In this document: positions 8,863-16,365 of the stretch, piece after piece | Position numbering within the stretch: the stretch's first letter is position 1 | Layout of the letters: each line of letters opens with the position of its first letter | Sequence record: ON568341.1 | DNA: 64,000 bases | Reading direction: 5' to 3' (one strand) | The notes under the pieces: model-generated | Told to the model about the DNA's origin: nothing | The model's database searches: none | Seen by the model: only the letters and a program-made list of their open reading frames with translations | Translations under genes and position numbers: made by a program

Positions 8863-9194
8863 CAGTACTCAAATGTTTTAGTATTATGTACACATACCAA
8901 CACGGGAGAAACAAAATGAAATTATCTAAAATCGAAAAGAAAACTATTGATGAAGCAGTTAAGCACGGTTATACCTTTCGTAATGATTCACATTTTACCA
9001 ATTTTCAACAGGGGTATCGTACTATTAAAAAACTAATTGACAAAGGTTTATTAGTTGAAGTCAATAATGGGAACGGTATCGAGTATCAGCCAACCCAAGA
9101 CGCATTATCTTTAAAGAAATATAATATTATCTAATTGACAGTACTCAAATGTTTTAGTACTATATGTACATACCAACACGGGGGAAACAAAATG
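8859..9194 (+). repeat. Duplicated ~60-bp promoter/RBS cassette (8859-8918 and 9135-9194)
   Basis: TTGACAGTACTCAAATGTTTTAGTA...CATACCAACACGGG.GAAACAAAATGA in both copies. Confidence 0.9.
8916..9134 (+). CDS. Hypothetical protein
   Basis: Start corrected; the track start lies inside the promoter. Confidence 0.75.
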   Translation: MKLSKIEKKTIDEAVKHGYTFRNDSHFTNFQQGYRTIKKLIDKGLLVEVNNGNGIEYQPTQDALSLKKYNII

Positions 9195-9434
9195 ATTACT
9201 TTAGAAAAACGTATCAAAGAAACTACATCGCTGGTGGAACTGTTAACAGTACTCAAATGTAAAACAACACCATTTAGCACGCCGGACTTTATTAATATGG
9301 TTGATGTTAATGGTCGCTATCGTATCACGGTCGAACAAGGAGCGGCGAAAGTATTCAGTACTAAAAACACGAAGGAAGTGATCCACGCCGTTAATGTTAA
9401 AAAAGTAGTTGCCATTGATAGTAAAGTACTGTAA
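9192..9434 (+). CDS. Hypothetical protein
   Basis: Start corrected; the track start lies inside the promoter. Confidence 0.75.
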   Translation: MITLEKRIKETTSLVELLTVLKCKTTPFSTPDFINMVDVNGRYRITVEQGAAKVFSTKNTKEVIHAVNVKKVVAIDSKVL

Positions 9435-9465
9435 TATAGTTTCATTAACTCAAGGAGAACATGCA

Positions 9466-10050
9466 ATGCGTAATTATACTAAATTCATCCGTACACTGTC
9501 AGAAATGGAAACCAACAAAGAGATCCTTTCAGCTTGTCGGTTAGCTGGCCTGGAGATCATCGGTGCTGGTTCTTCCCGTATAGTTTTCGCTTTAAATGAT
9601 CGGTTAGTGATTAAGGTCGCGAATTGTGATGCGGGTGTAGAACAAAATGAAACTGAATGTAAGGTATGGAATTTTTTAGACTATGACCGCCCTCAGTTGA
9701 AACAGTACTTTGCAAAGGTGCATATGCATTTATGCGATCCTGATAATATGTTTATCGTTATGGATCGGTTGAGTACTGCAAGCAAAGGTAGTGTGAAGCA
9801 CGTAAACGCGTGCAATGAATTAAAGTACAATATTAAACGTAATGCAATCGAACGCCATCACCGCTTTGCTGATGCACTACAACACGTCGATGATACATTA
9901 TCAACACTAACGATAAGAGATATCAGAAAACAGAATATCGGCCAGGATCGTAATGGCCTTATTAAAGTACTTGATTACGGTTTAACCTGCAATATCTGGA
10001 ATCAGTACTATAAAAAGCGTGATGTGGCAGCAAGTAAGGTAACACGATAA
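9466..10050 (+). CDS. Protein kinase-like (Ser/Thr kinase fold)
   Basis: Gly loop GAGSSR, VIK lysine, helix-C QNETE, catalytic loop RDIRKQNIG, DYG metal-binding motif; SD AAGGAG. Confidence 0.8.
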   Translation: MRNYTKFIRTLSEMETNKEILSACRLAGLEIIGAGSSRIVFALNDRLVIKVANCDAGVEQNETECKVWNFLDYDRPQLKQYFAKVHMHLCDPDNMFIVMDRLSTASKGSVKHVNACNELKYNIKRNAIERHHRFADALQHVDDTLSTLTIRDIRKQNIGQDRNGLIKVLDYGLTCNIWNQYYKKRDVAASKVTR

Positions 10051-10060
10051 AAAAGATTAA

Positions 10061-10165
10061 AAAAGGGATTGACTCCGGTCAGTCCCTTTGCTATTATATA
10101 TCCATTGAGAGATAACTCACTGACCCATAGGGTGCGGAAGTGTATCTATTATATAAGTATTCAGT
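10061..10165 (+). ncRNA. Terminator/promoter/small-RNA cassette, copy 3
   Basis: Same hairpin as copies 2 and 4; TGACCCATAGGGTGC core; body resembles copy 1. Confidence 0.5.
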
Positions 10166-10274
10166 ACTGAAAACTATTTTTAAAAAAGTACTTGCAAACT
10201 ATCTCAATGAGCGTATAATGTTTTATATCGAGAGGGGGAAATGGTTCTCCCTAGTACTAAAAGGAATCAAGACG

Positions 10275-10496
10275 ATGACTACTATGACCTGCGTTCACGC
10301 TTCAAATCTTCTGAATGATGCAGCATTTAAAGCAGGTGAAGAATATCAATGCTATCGGGATGAAAATAAAAAAGTTTTTGTAGTTGATAATAATGGTTTC
10401 CATATTGAATTACAATCCGGCTTCACTGGTTTAAATGGTAAATCAGTATGGGGCGTACAGGATGATAAAGGTACATATCATTTTAAACGTAATTAA
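10275..10496 (+). CDS. Hypothetical protein
   Basis: Promoter at 10192, SD AAGGA; start corrected. Confidence 0.75.
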   Translation: MTTMTCVHASNLLNDAAFKAGEEYQCYRDENKKVFVVDNNGFHIELQSGFTGLNGKSVWGVQDDKGTYHFKRN

Positions 10497-10577
10497 GTAT
10501 TGACAAAGTATATCAGTACTGTATAATAGTTTACATCAAGGGGAGAATGGTTCTCCCCACTAAAAGGAAACAAAATT

Positions 10578-10850
10578 ATGTCCAGCTACTCCGCTACTAT
10601 GATCATTAAAGATATGAACGGTAATCCTACTTCTGCTGGTGGATCATTTGGAAACATTAATTTAGATGGTCGGTTATCCATGCAATCAGCCATCGATGCA
10701 GCGAAAGAAGTTTTTAAGAATGAATGTACTGTTAGTAAGCTGGATTATATGGGTTTCGCTATCGAGAAAACTACTCGTTTTGTGAACTACAAAAATCCAC
10801 TGATGATTGATACTAACCTGAAAGCTAACGAAGTGGGGTACTTATTATGA
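10578..10850 (+). CDS. Hypothetical protein
   Basis: Own promoter, hairpin and SD. Confidence 0.75.
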   Translation: MSSYSATMIIKDMNGNPTSAGGSFGNINLDGRLSMQSAIDAAKEVFKNECTVSKLDYMGFAIEKTTRFVNYKNPLMIDTNLKANEVGYLL

Positions 10851-11038
10851 CAGTAGAAGAAGTAAAAAAAGTACTGGCAGTACTACGATATCATAATCAT
10901 TGCAAGGTGAAGAATGATCCTGATTATCTTGATTCATCCCTGGAGGAAGACACCTTGAACGCTATAAGCCATATGCAGACATTAGCAAAGCGTATGACTG
11001 AAAAGAACATGCCGGACTATATCGGAAATAAAATTTAA
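10847..11038 (+). CDS. Hypothetical protein
   Basis: ATGA overlap. Confidence 0.7.
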   Translation: MTVEEVKKVLAVLRYHNHCKVKNDPDYLDSSLEEDTLNAISHMQTLAKRMTEKNMPDYIGNKI

Positions 11039-11124
11039 AAAGTACTTGCATTGTAGTTAGATTAACGTATAATGTTTTATATCGAGAGGGGAAATGGTTT
11101 CCCCTCAAGTCCAGGAGATACACC

Positions 11125-11388
11125 ATGAACACTATCGAAATCACTATCAATGCACACGTATACGACAACGTAGTACTGCAAACTACTATGACCGCCAATG
11201 ATACCAGTACTTTGCGGAATACTGTTATTAGTGCTGTATGTGCCGCTATCGGTGATGTATCCCTGGAAAATTCAGAACACATCAACAACGGTTTCACTAT
11301 GTGCAAACGTGATAACGCAAAACATATCATCGTGGAAGGTTACGGCGGTGTAGAATTTAATGTTTATATGAAAAAAGTACTTGCATAA
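11125..11388 (+). CDS. Hypothetical protein
   Basis: Own promoter, hairpin and SD AGGAG. Confidence 0.75.
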   Translation: MNTIEITINAHVYDNVVLQTTMTANDTSTLRNTVISAVCAAIGDVSLENSEHINNGFTMCKRDNAKHIIVEGYGGVEFNVYMKKVLA

Positions 11389-11455
11389 TAACTAAAACAA
11401 AGTATAATGTTTTGCATAGGGGGAGATATCCTCCCCCACTAAAAGGAGTAATAAA

Positions 11456-11680
11456 ATGGCTAACTTTGATGAACTGATGCGGGAAGTAGCTTACCTGGCA
11501 GAAGAGAAGAAATCATTCGATTCTATCTATAACACCGCTCACCGTGATTCAGTACTGGCATGTAACCAGGATCAAAAAGATGAACTAATCGCCACCTATC
11601 ATGAAGCATGGAAGTACTACCGACAATGGGAGAAAGAAGAAAGTGAGTCTACCATTGACGGCCTCAATAATCTAATCTAA
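11456..11680 (+). CDS. Hypothetical protein
   Basis: Own promoter, hairpin and SD. Confidence 0.75.
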   Translation: MANFDELMREVAYLAEEKKSFDSIYNTAHRDSVLACNQDQKDELIATYHEAWKYYRQWEKEESESTIDGLNNLI

Positions 11681-11756
11681 AAGTTTTATTTCAGTACTAT
11701 TGACATAGCTTGATAGTACTGATGTAATAACTTTACTAACTACAAGGGGAAACATA

Positions 11757-12014
11757 ATGGATCAATTCACACAATATCGGGTAAATCCTCAAGCTATGGC
11801 CTACGTAGAAGACCATAAAACGTTACCAGTACTGCAACCAGTTAAAGGCCGTATCTATCGTGGCCTTGCCTGGGATACGGCCCAGGATGGATATAAAACC
11901 GTCGCCGTGGGTATGTATTGCGGTGATGGTGAATGGTTTGATCCAAATAATCCGGTATCCATTGACAGTACTGAAAAAATGAAATGGGCCGACTACATCG
12001 AAGATATTTCATAA
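11757..12014 (+). CDS. Hypothetical protein
   Basis: Promoter-like cassette and SD. Confidence 0.75.
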   Translation: MDQFTQYRVNPQAMAYVEDHKTLPVLQPVKGRIYRGLAWDTAQDGYKTVAVGMYCGDGEWFDPNNPVSIDSTEKMKWADYIEDIS

Positions 12015-12104
12015 AAACTATTTGACAGTACTAACCAGTAATGTATAATGTTTTACATAGAGCGGGGGAATAGTTCTCCCGCCAATAGTTTGGAGTAAAA
12101 CATT

Positions 12105-12305
12105 ATGTCTATCGCTATCGCCCTGGTTGAAGTACTGAAAGAAGCTAAAGCCAACCTTATCGACGTAAAGATCCAGGAACTACAAAACGGCTTAATCGGC
12201 TGTACTTGTACCGCTGGTGGAGCGGCAGACTATCGAGAACACGAATCACTCGAATCACTGGTTCGGTATCTTACCATGATCGTTGATGATTGGAGAATCA
12301 TCTAA
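12105..12305 (+). CDS. Hypothetical protein
   Basis: Own promoter, hairpin and SD. Confidence 0.75.
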   Translation: MSIAIALVEVLKEAKANLIDVKIQELQNGLIGCTCTAGGAADYREHESLESLVRYLTMIVDDWRII

Positions 12306-12320
12306 CAAAAAAGAATAAAA

Positions 12321-12450
12321 AAAGGGATTGACTCCGGTCAGTCCCTTTGCTATTATATACGCATAGACAAAAACTAGCCCACAGGGTGCATAGGTGTATC
12401 CAAAATATATAGTTAATAACGGTGAGTAACTATCTGCTGGTGGAACTAAA
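12321..12450 (+). ncRNA. Terminator/promoter/small-RNA cassette, copy 4 (with Chi)
   Basis: Same hairpin; TAGCCCACAGGGTGC core; Chi at 12436. Confidence 0.5.
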
Positions 12451-12550
12451 ACTATTAATAAAAAAGTATTGACAAAGTATATCAGTACTGCAATAATGTA
12501 TCTCGTAGGGCGGCAATGGTGCGACGGCCCACAAAGTTAGGAGATTCACC

Positions 12551-12883
12551 ATGAGTACTTCAATCGCTATCGTTAAAGCTTTCATCCGTACTAATGTTTC
12601 CTCTGTATTCATCGACGGCCTCGACCGTAACGTAGAATACTCAATCATTATCGCACAAACGGCAAACGGTTCTCGGTACATCCTGAATGATAGTGAAGCA
12701 AATCACTACTACTTCACTAAAGCCACTGGCTTTAAACGCATCGATGCTGATGTAGTATACGCTAAGATGAATAAGCTGGTAGACAAGATTAACGCGAAAG
12801 GTACTATCGATTTACAGTACTGGACCGAAACCGATCCAGAATATGGATCTCACCGCTACCTGAATCCAGGTATCAAAATGTAA
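12551..12883 (+). CDS. Hypothetical protein
   Basis: Own promoter, hairpin and SD AGGAG. Confidence 0.75.
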   Translation: MSTSIAIVKAFIRTNVSSVFIDGLDRNVEYSIIIAQTANGSRYILNDSEANHYYFTKATGFKRIDADVVYAKMNKLVDKINAKGTIDLQYWTETDPEYGSHRYLNPGIKM

Positions 12884-12972
12884 AAAGTACTTGCATAGTA
12901 CTTAGATTCATGTATAATGTTTTACATAGAGAGGGGGAAATGGTTCTCCCTCCTAAATTAAGGAGTTTTATC

Positions 12973-13374
12973 ATGACCTTCTCAATCACTTCCTTCGCTG
13001 ACGTTTTAGTACTGGCCCGGACTTTTGGTAAAGCTGGCCTTGAGCACGCTGTAAGTAATGGTCATATGCACCCTGAATATTGCCGCATCATCGGTAGCTG
13101 CAAACGTTGGGCCGTGTCCCGTAACATTGAGATTGAAAACTTCAATGACGGCAACAACGAATATACAGTTGATGCAGTATTCGAAGCCGTTGATCTCGGC
13201 GGTATCTATAACACTAACCTGAATGATGTGCGTATCGTTCGCACGGGGTTCGGTGCTTATGATGTATCTATCCGTGAAGCTATGGACAAGGGATACATTA
13301 GCAAGGACCAGTTAGCTTACATCATGCAGCAAACTAAGGAACGTAACGAAGCACGTACTATCTTAGGGTTGTAA
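12973..13374 (+). CDS. Hypothetical protein
   Basis: Promoter at 12891, SD AAGGAG; start corrected. Confidence 0.75.
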   Translation: MTFSITSFADVLVLARTFGKAGLEHAVSNGHMHPEYCRIIGSCKRWAVSRNIEIENFNDGNNEYTVDAVFEAVDLGGIYNTNLNDVRIVRTGFGAYDVSIREAMDKGYISKDQLAYIMQQTKERNEARTILGL

Positions 13375-13398
13375 GCGTTACACATCACCAAACATCAT

Positions 13399-13420
13399 AG
13401 GCCGCCTTGTAGCGGCCTTA
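13399..13420 (+). terminator. Terminator-like hairpin
   Basis: AGGCCGC-cttgta-GCGGCCT. Confidence 0.6.
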
Positions 13421-13442
13421 ACTATATCAGGAGTTCATACAC

Positions 13443-13652
13443 ATGAACTATACAGTATACAGCGTTCTAGGCACTATTGCAGGCGTACATGATAACGTCG
13501 ATGGTGCTATGCGTACAGTACTGCAACAGGTTCCACTAAAGCCTAAGACCATTAAGCAGATGACAGCACGACTAACCAGGGCGACGGCTGGCGTGGAAGT
13601 ATGGCAGGACTATGGGGATACACAGATAATCGTAAGCGTAACGAAGGATTAA
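13443..13652 (+). CDS. Hypothetical protein
   Basis: SD AGGAG. Confidence 0.7.
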   Translation: MNYTVYSVLGTIAGVHDNVDGAMRTVLQQVPLKPKTIKQMTARLTRATAGVEVWQDYGDTQIIVSVTKD

Positions 13653-13676
13653 TGCGTAAAAGGATTTAGTACTGAT

Positions 13677-13749
13677 TCAGAAAAAAGTCAAGGCGTTTTT
13701 TAAATTATGCGTTAAAAAAATGCATAGGTAATCCCTTGACTTTTTTGAA
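13677..13749. repeat. 13-bp perfect inverted repeat at the early/middle boundary
   Basis: AAAAAAGTCAAGG (13681-13693) and CCTTGACTTTTTT (13734-13746). Confidence 0.7.
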
Positions 13750-13843
13750 ATAAAAGGGATTGGACTATGGCAAAATGCGTAGGGGGCTAAAGGGCGGGTA
13801 ACCTTAGCGACTTCGTTAAAGGGGTATTACGAATAAAATGTTA

Positions 13844-13871
13844 TTGACTTTTTATATAAATCGTATAAAAT
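13844..13871 (+). promoter_or_regulatory. sigma70 promoter driving the LGTNYQE array
   Basis: TTGACT-16-TAAAAT. Confidence 0.6.
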
Positions 13872-14099
13872 ATGATTGATAATAATTTTAAGGGAGTCCC
13901 TGTGCGTATTTTAACTCAAGCAGAACACCACGAAAGACTTATCAATAACATGGCTATGATAATGTATAAGTCCCATGACCGTGGTATTGCATATAAGCGT
14001 GAATTAGTACTGGAACTATTCATTGGGACTAACTATCAGGAAAGGTATGTCAACGATTGGATTTGGTATTTAATTGAAGATATAACGAGTAAACTATGA
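13872..14099 (+). CDS. LGTNYQE-family paralogue
   Basis: FIGTNYQE. Confidence 0.8.
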   Translation: MIDNNFKGVPVRILTQAEHHERLINNMAMIMYKSHDRGIAYKRELVLELFIGTNYQERYVNDWIWYLIEDITSKL

Positions 14100-14290
14100 T
14101 AATTTTAACTAAAGAAGAATATCAATCACTGTTACGTAAAAACTACGTAAAGATTTACAATACAGCCACACACGTAGAACGAATGGAGTTATACCTTTTG
14201 ATTACATTGGGAACTAACTATCAGGAAAGATGGGTGATTCAATATATGGATACATTGAAAAATAAAATATTGTCCACGAGGAAACAATGA
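14096..14290 (+). CDS. LGTNYQE-family paralogue
   Basis: TLGTNYQE. Confidence 0.8.
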   Translation: MIILTKEEYQSLLRKNYVKIYNTATHVERMELYLLITLGTNYQERWVIQYMDTLKNKILSTRKQ

Positions 14291-14496
14291 AAATCATAAC
14301 ACACAGACAAGCATTGAGTCGTATGGTGAAGTATCTTGAATTGATGGTGTCTATACCAAAGAGCTTACCAAAAACTGAAAGAGAGATACATTCAGCAGAG
14401 TATCGTCTATTAGCAGTACTGAATACTAACTACCAAGATGAATATGTTGACGATTGGATTCTATCATTAATAGAAGATATAAAGAGTAAACTATGA
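14287..14496 (+). CDS. LGTNYQE-family paralogue
   Basis: VLNTNYQD. Confidence 0.8.
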   Translation: MKIITHRQALSRMVKYLELMVSIPKSLPKTEREIHSAEYRLLAVLNTNYQDEYVDDWILSLIEDIKSKL

Positions 14497-14708
14497 ATAT
14501 CATTGCGAACTCACATCAATATACCGAACGCGTCGCTGCCAGACAACTTGAAATCCTCATAATATACGAAGAAACTTCTGATTTAAACTTAGCTGAGGTA
14601 TTGGAAAATGAAATACTTTTGGGTGCATTCTTGGGAACAGACTATCAGGAGTATTATGAGGAAAAGTATTTGTCATCTCTTGAGAAATACATCAGGAGTA
14701 AACAATGA
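14493..14708 (+). CDS. LGTNYQE-family paralogue
   Basis: FLGTDYQE. Confidence 0.8.
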   Translation: MNIIANSHQYTERVAARQLEILIIYEETSDLNLAEVLENEILLGAFLGTDYQEYYEEKYLSSLEKYIRSKQ

Positions 14709-14932
14709 AACATTTAAGTATAAGAGAGAAGAATAAAATTATCATCAATGTCATGAACCGATATAATCAACTATTGGATAGAGAATACTCAAGTTCATAT
14801 GTGCACAGGATAAACACTACGGATGTACGCATGATGGCTGTACTGGGGACAAACTATCAGGAAAGTTATGTTCATGAGCACATAGTTGCACTCACTAATT
14901 ACATAATGGACAAATGTAATGAACATCATTAA
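14705..14932 (+). CDS. LGTNYQE-family paralogue
   Basis: VLGTNYQE. Confidence 0.8.
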   Translation: MKHLSIREKNKIIINVMNRYNQLLDREYSSSYVHRINTTDVRMMAVLGTNYQESYVHEHIVALTNYIMDKCNEHH

Positions 14933-15143
14933 TAACTTTGAATACGAGGCCCGTGTTAAGAGTGCCAGAGAAAAAGAGAACACCATTTACTTCACTATGA
15001 TGTACTTACAATGGACTGAAATTGAAGAAAAGGTTGCTGAAGTATGGATGTTGGAATTCATGGGGACGCAGTATCAGAATATGTTTGCGGGTGAGTATAT
15101 CAATGTTCTTATGAAACAAATAGAAAGGAAGGAAAAGAACTAA
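14919..15143 (+). CDS. LGTNYQE-family paralogue
   Basis: FMGTQYQN. Confidence 0.8.
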   Translation: MNIINNFEYEARVKSAREKENTIYFTMMYLQWTEIEEKVAEVWMLEFMGTQYQNMFAGEYINVLMKQIERKEKN

Positions 15144-15232
15144 TGGAGGGATGCTGTACTTTATTTGAACTTTTATATATTCATGAACACATAGTTGCCC
15201 TCACAAATCTAATAAAGGATAAATGTAAATGA
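15143..15232 (+). pseudogene. Truncated LGTNYQE-family remnant (29 aa)
   Basis: HEHIVALTNLIKDKCK matches the C-terminus of 14705-14932 (HEHIVALTNYIMDKCN); the motif half is missing. Confidence 0.6.
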
Positions 15233-15486
15233 AACACTTGACTGATGATGAACATGAAACTATAATTCGTAAACTAACCCCCATCACAAGGATAGTATAC
15301 GGTGATCCCAGCCTTACATGGAACCAAATGCAAGCTAAAGTTAATGAGCTATGGTTGCTGTACTTTATGGGGACTCAATATCAAGATAAGTTTTGCACAG
15401 AATATATCGAACAATTAACGAATGTTATACAGGATAAACTAAATGAACGAATTGTGGAAAAATATGAAAACTTTATCAAGCATTGA
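15229..15486 (+). CDS. LGTNYQE-family paralogue
   Basis: FMGTQYQD. Confidence 0.8.
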   Translation: MKHLTDDEHETIIRKLTPITRIVYGDPSLTWNQMQAKVNELWLLYFMGTQYQDKFCTEYIEQLTNVIQDKLNERIVEKYENFIKH

Positions 15487-15715
15487 GTATCAGACTGCCC
15501 TCTTCTCTCTTCTAAATACCCTCCGCACGAACAATAAACTTTATAATTCCCGTGAAGCTGATATTGTCAACGCTGATGTATATCTTAATAAATTCATTGG
15601 GACTAACTATCAAGAACTGTTTGTTTTACGATATATCTCTGCACTAAGAAACGAAATATCAGATAAAACCCGACAAGCCAGAAGAGAATGGAAGAAACAA
15701 TGCGACACAGACTAA
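15464..15715 (+). CDS. LGTNYQE-family paralogue
   Basis: FIGTNYQE. Confidence 0.8.
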   Translation: MKTLSSIEYQTALFSLLNTLRTNNKLYNSREADIVNADVYLNKFIGTNYQELFVLRYISALRNEISDKTRQARREWKKQCDTD

Positions 15716-15951
15716 ATCACAAAATGTATTGTAAACTATTACAGGAACTGACACAGAAACACTATAATACAATATCTTCCATATTACCCTATGATATCAT
15801 GCGTTTAATTCATAGTGAGGCAGAGATGTTAGTACTGATGACCGGTACTGATAAAATAGCAATCACCAGATCGATAGAGCAATATATTGATGCACACTGT
15901 CAATGTATTAGAACTGAGATATGGAGGCGAGTAAATGAAAGTACTGAATGA
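15700..15951 (+). CDS. Degenerate LGTNYQE-family paralogue
   Basis: MTGTDKI at the motif position. Confidence 0.65.
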   Translation: MRHRLNHKMYCKLLQELTQKHYNTISSILPYDIMRLIHSEAEMLVLMTGTDKIAITRSIEQYIDAHCQCIRTEIWRRVNESTE

Positions 15952-16150
15952 GTATCAGTATCATTGGAGGTTACAAACTATAAGAGGGAAAGTTGTTAGT
16001 ATTTCTTTAGACAAGTCTATTGCACAAGAGGACAAATGTGTTATAATAGCTGAAATGAAGTTGGGTGTATTTGTAGGAACAAACTATCAAAACATCTACA
16101 CTGACGTATTATTAAGTGCCTTACGCAACAAGGTGTTATCCAGAGAATGA
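15935..16150 (+). CDS. LGTNYQE-family paralogue
   Basis: FVGTNYQN. Confidence 0.8.
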   Translation: MKVLNEYQYHWRLQTIRGKVVSISLDKSIAQEDKCVIIAEMKLGVFVGTNYQNIYTDVLLSALRNKVLSRE

Positions 16151-16365
16151 GAAAATTAATAGGTTACGAATATGTTAAGCTTCTGAAAACCTGTAGTATT
16201 AGCAGGGTAAAGATTCAATCTGATAAGAGTATTCCTGTTGAACTAAAGTACGCAATGATGGCTGAACTTTATGTAGGTGCACTATTGGGGACAAACTATC
16301 AACAAATGTATGTAGACCTATGGGTTGACGCTCTACAGAAAGAGGTCCAAAGTAAATGCAAATGA
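16147..16365 (+). CDS. LGTNYQE-family paralogue
   Basis: LLGTNYQQ. Confidence 0.8.
   Translation: MRKLIGYEYVKLLKTCSISRVKIQSDKSIPVELKYAMMAELYVGALLGTNYQQMYVDLWVDALQKEVQSKCK

Larger units (their letters stand above)
984..12443 (+). repeat. Cluster of eight Chi sites (GCTGGTGG), all on the + strand
   Basis: Exact octamers at 984, 5113, 6244, 7143, 9230, 10635, 12213 and 12436. Confidence 0.9.
221..12918 (+). promoter_or_regulatory. Array of about 33 strong sigma70-type early promoters
   Basis: -35 hexamers (TTGACA/TTGCAA/TTGCAT/TTGCAC/TTGACT and variants) start at 221, 1057, 1291, 1591, 1832, 2244, 3012, 3241, 3705, 3838, 4273, 4591, 4861, 5659, 6076, 6348, 6645, 7062, 7192, 7308, 7648, 8078, 8859, 9135, 10069, 10192, 10500, 11046, 11381, 12022, 12328, 12469 and 12891. 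Each has a TATAAT-like -10 16-17 bp downstream, and most have an upstream A-tract. Confidence 0.9.

Noticed and set aside
8859-9194. Two ORFs sharing an identical N-terminus MTVLKCFS in the track
   Set aside because: Artefact of TTG starts inside the duplicated promoter cassette; the real starts are 8916 and 9192.
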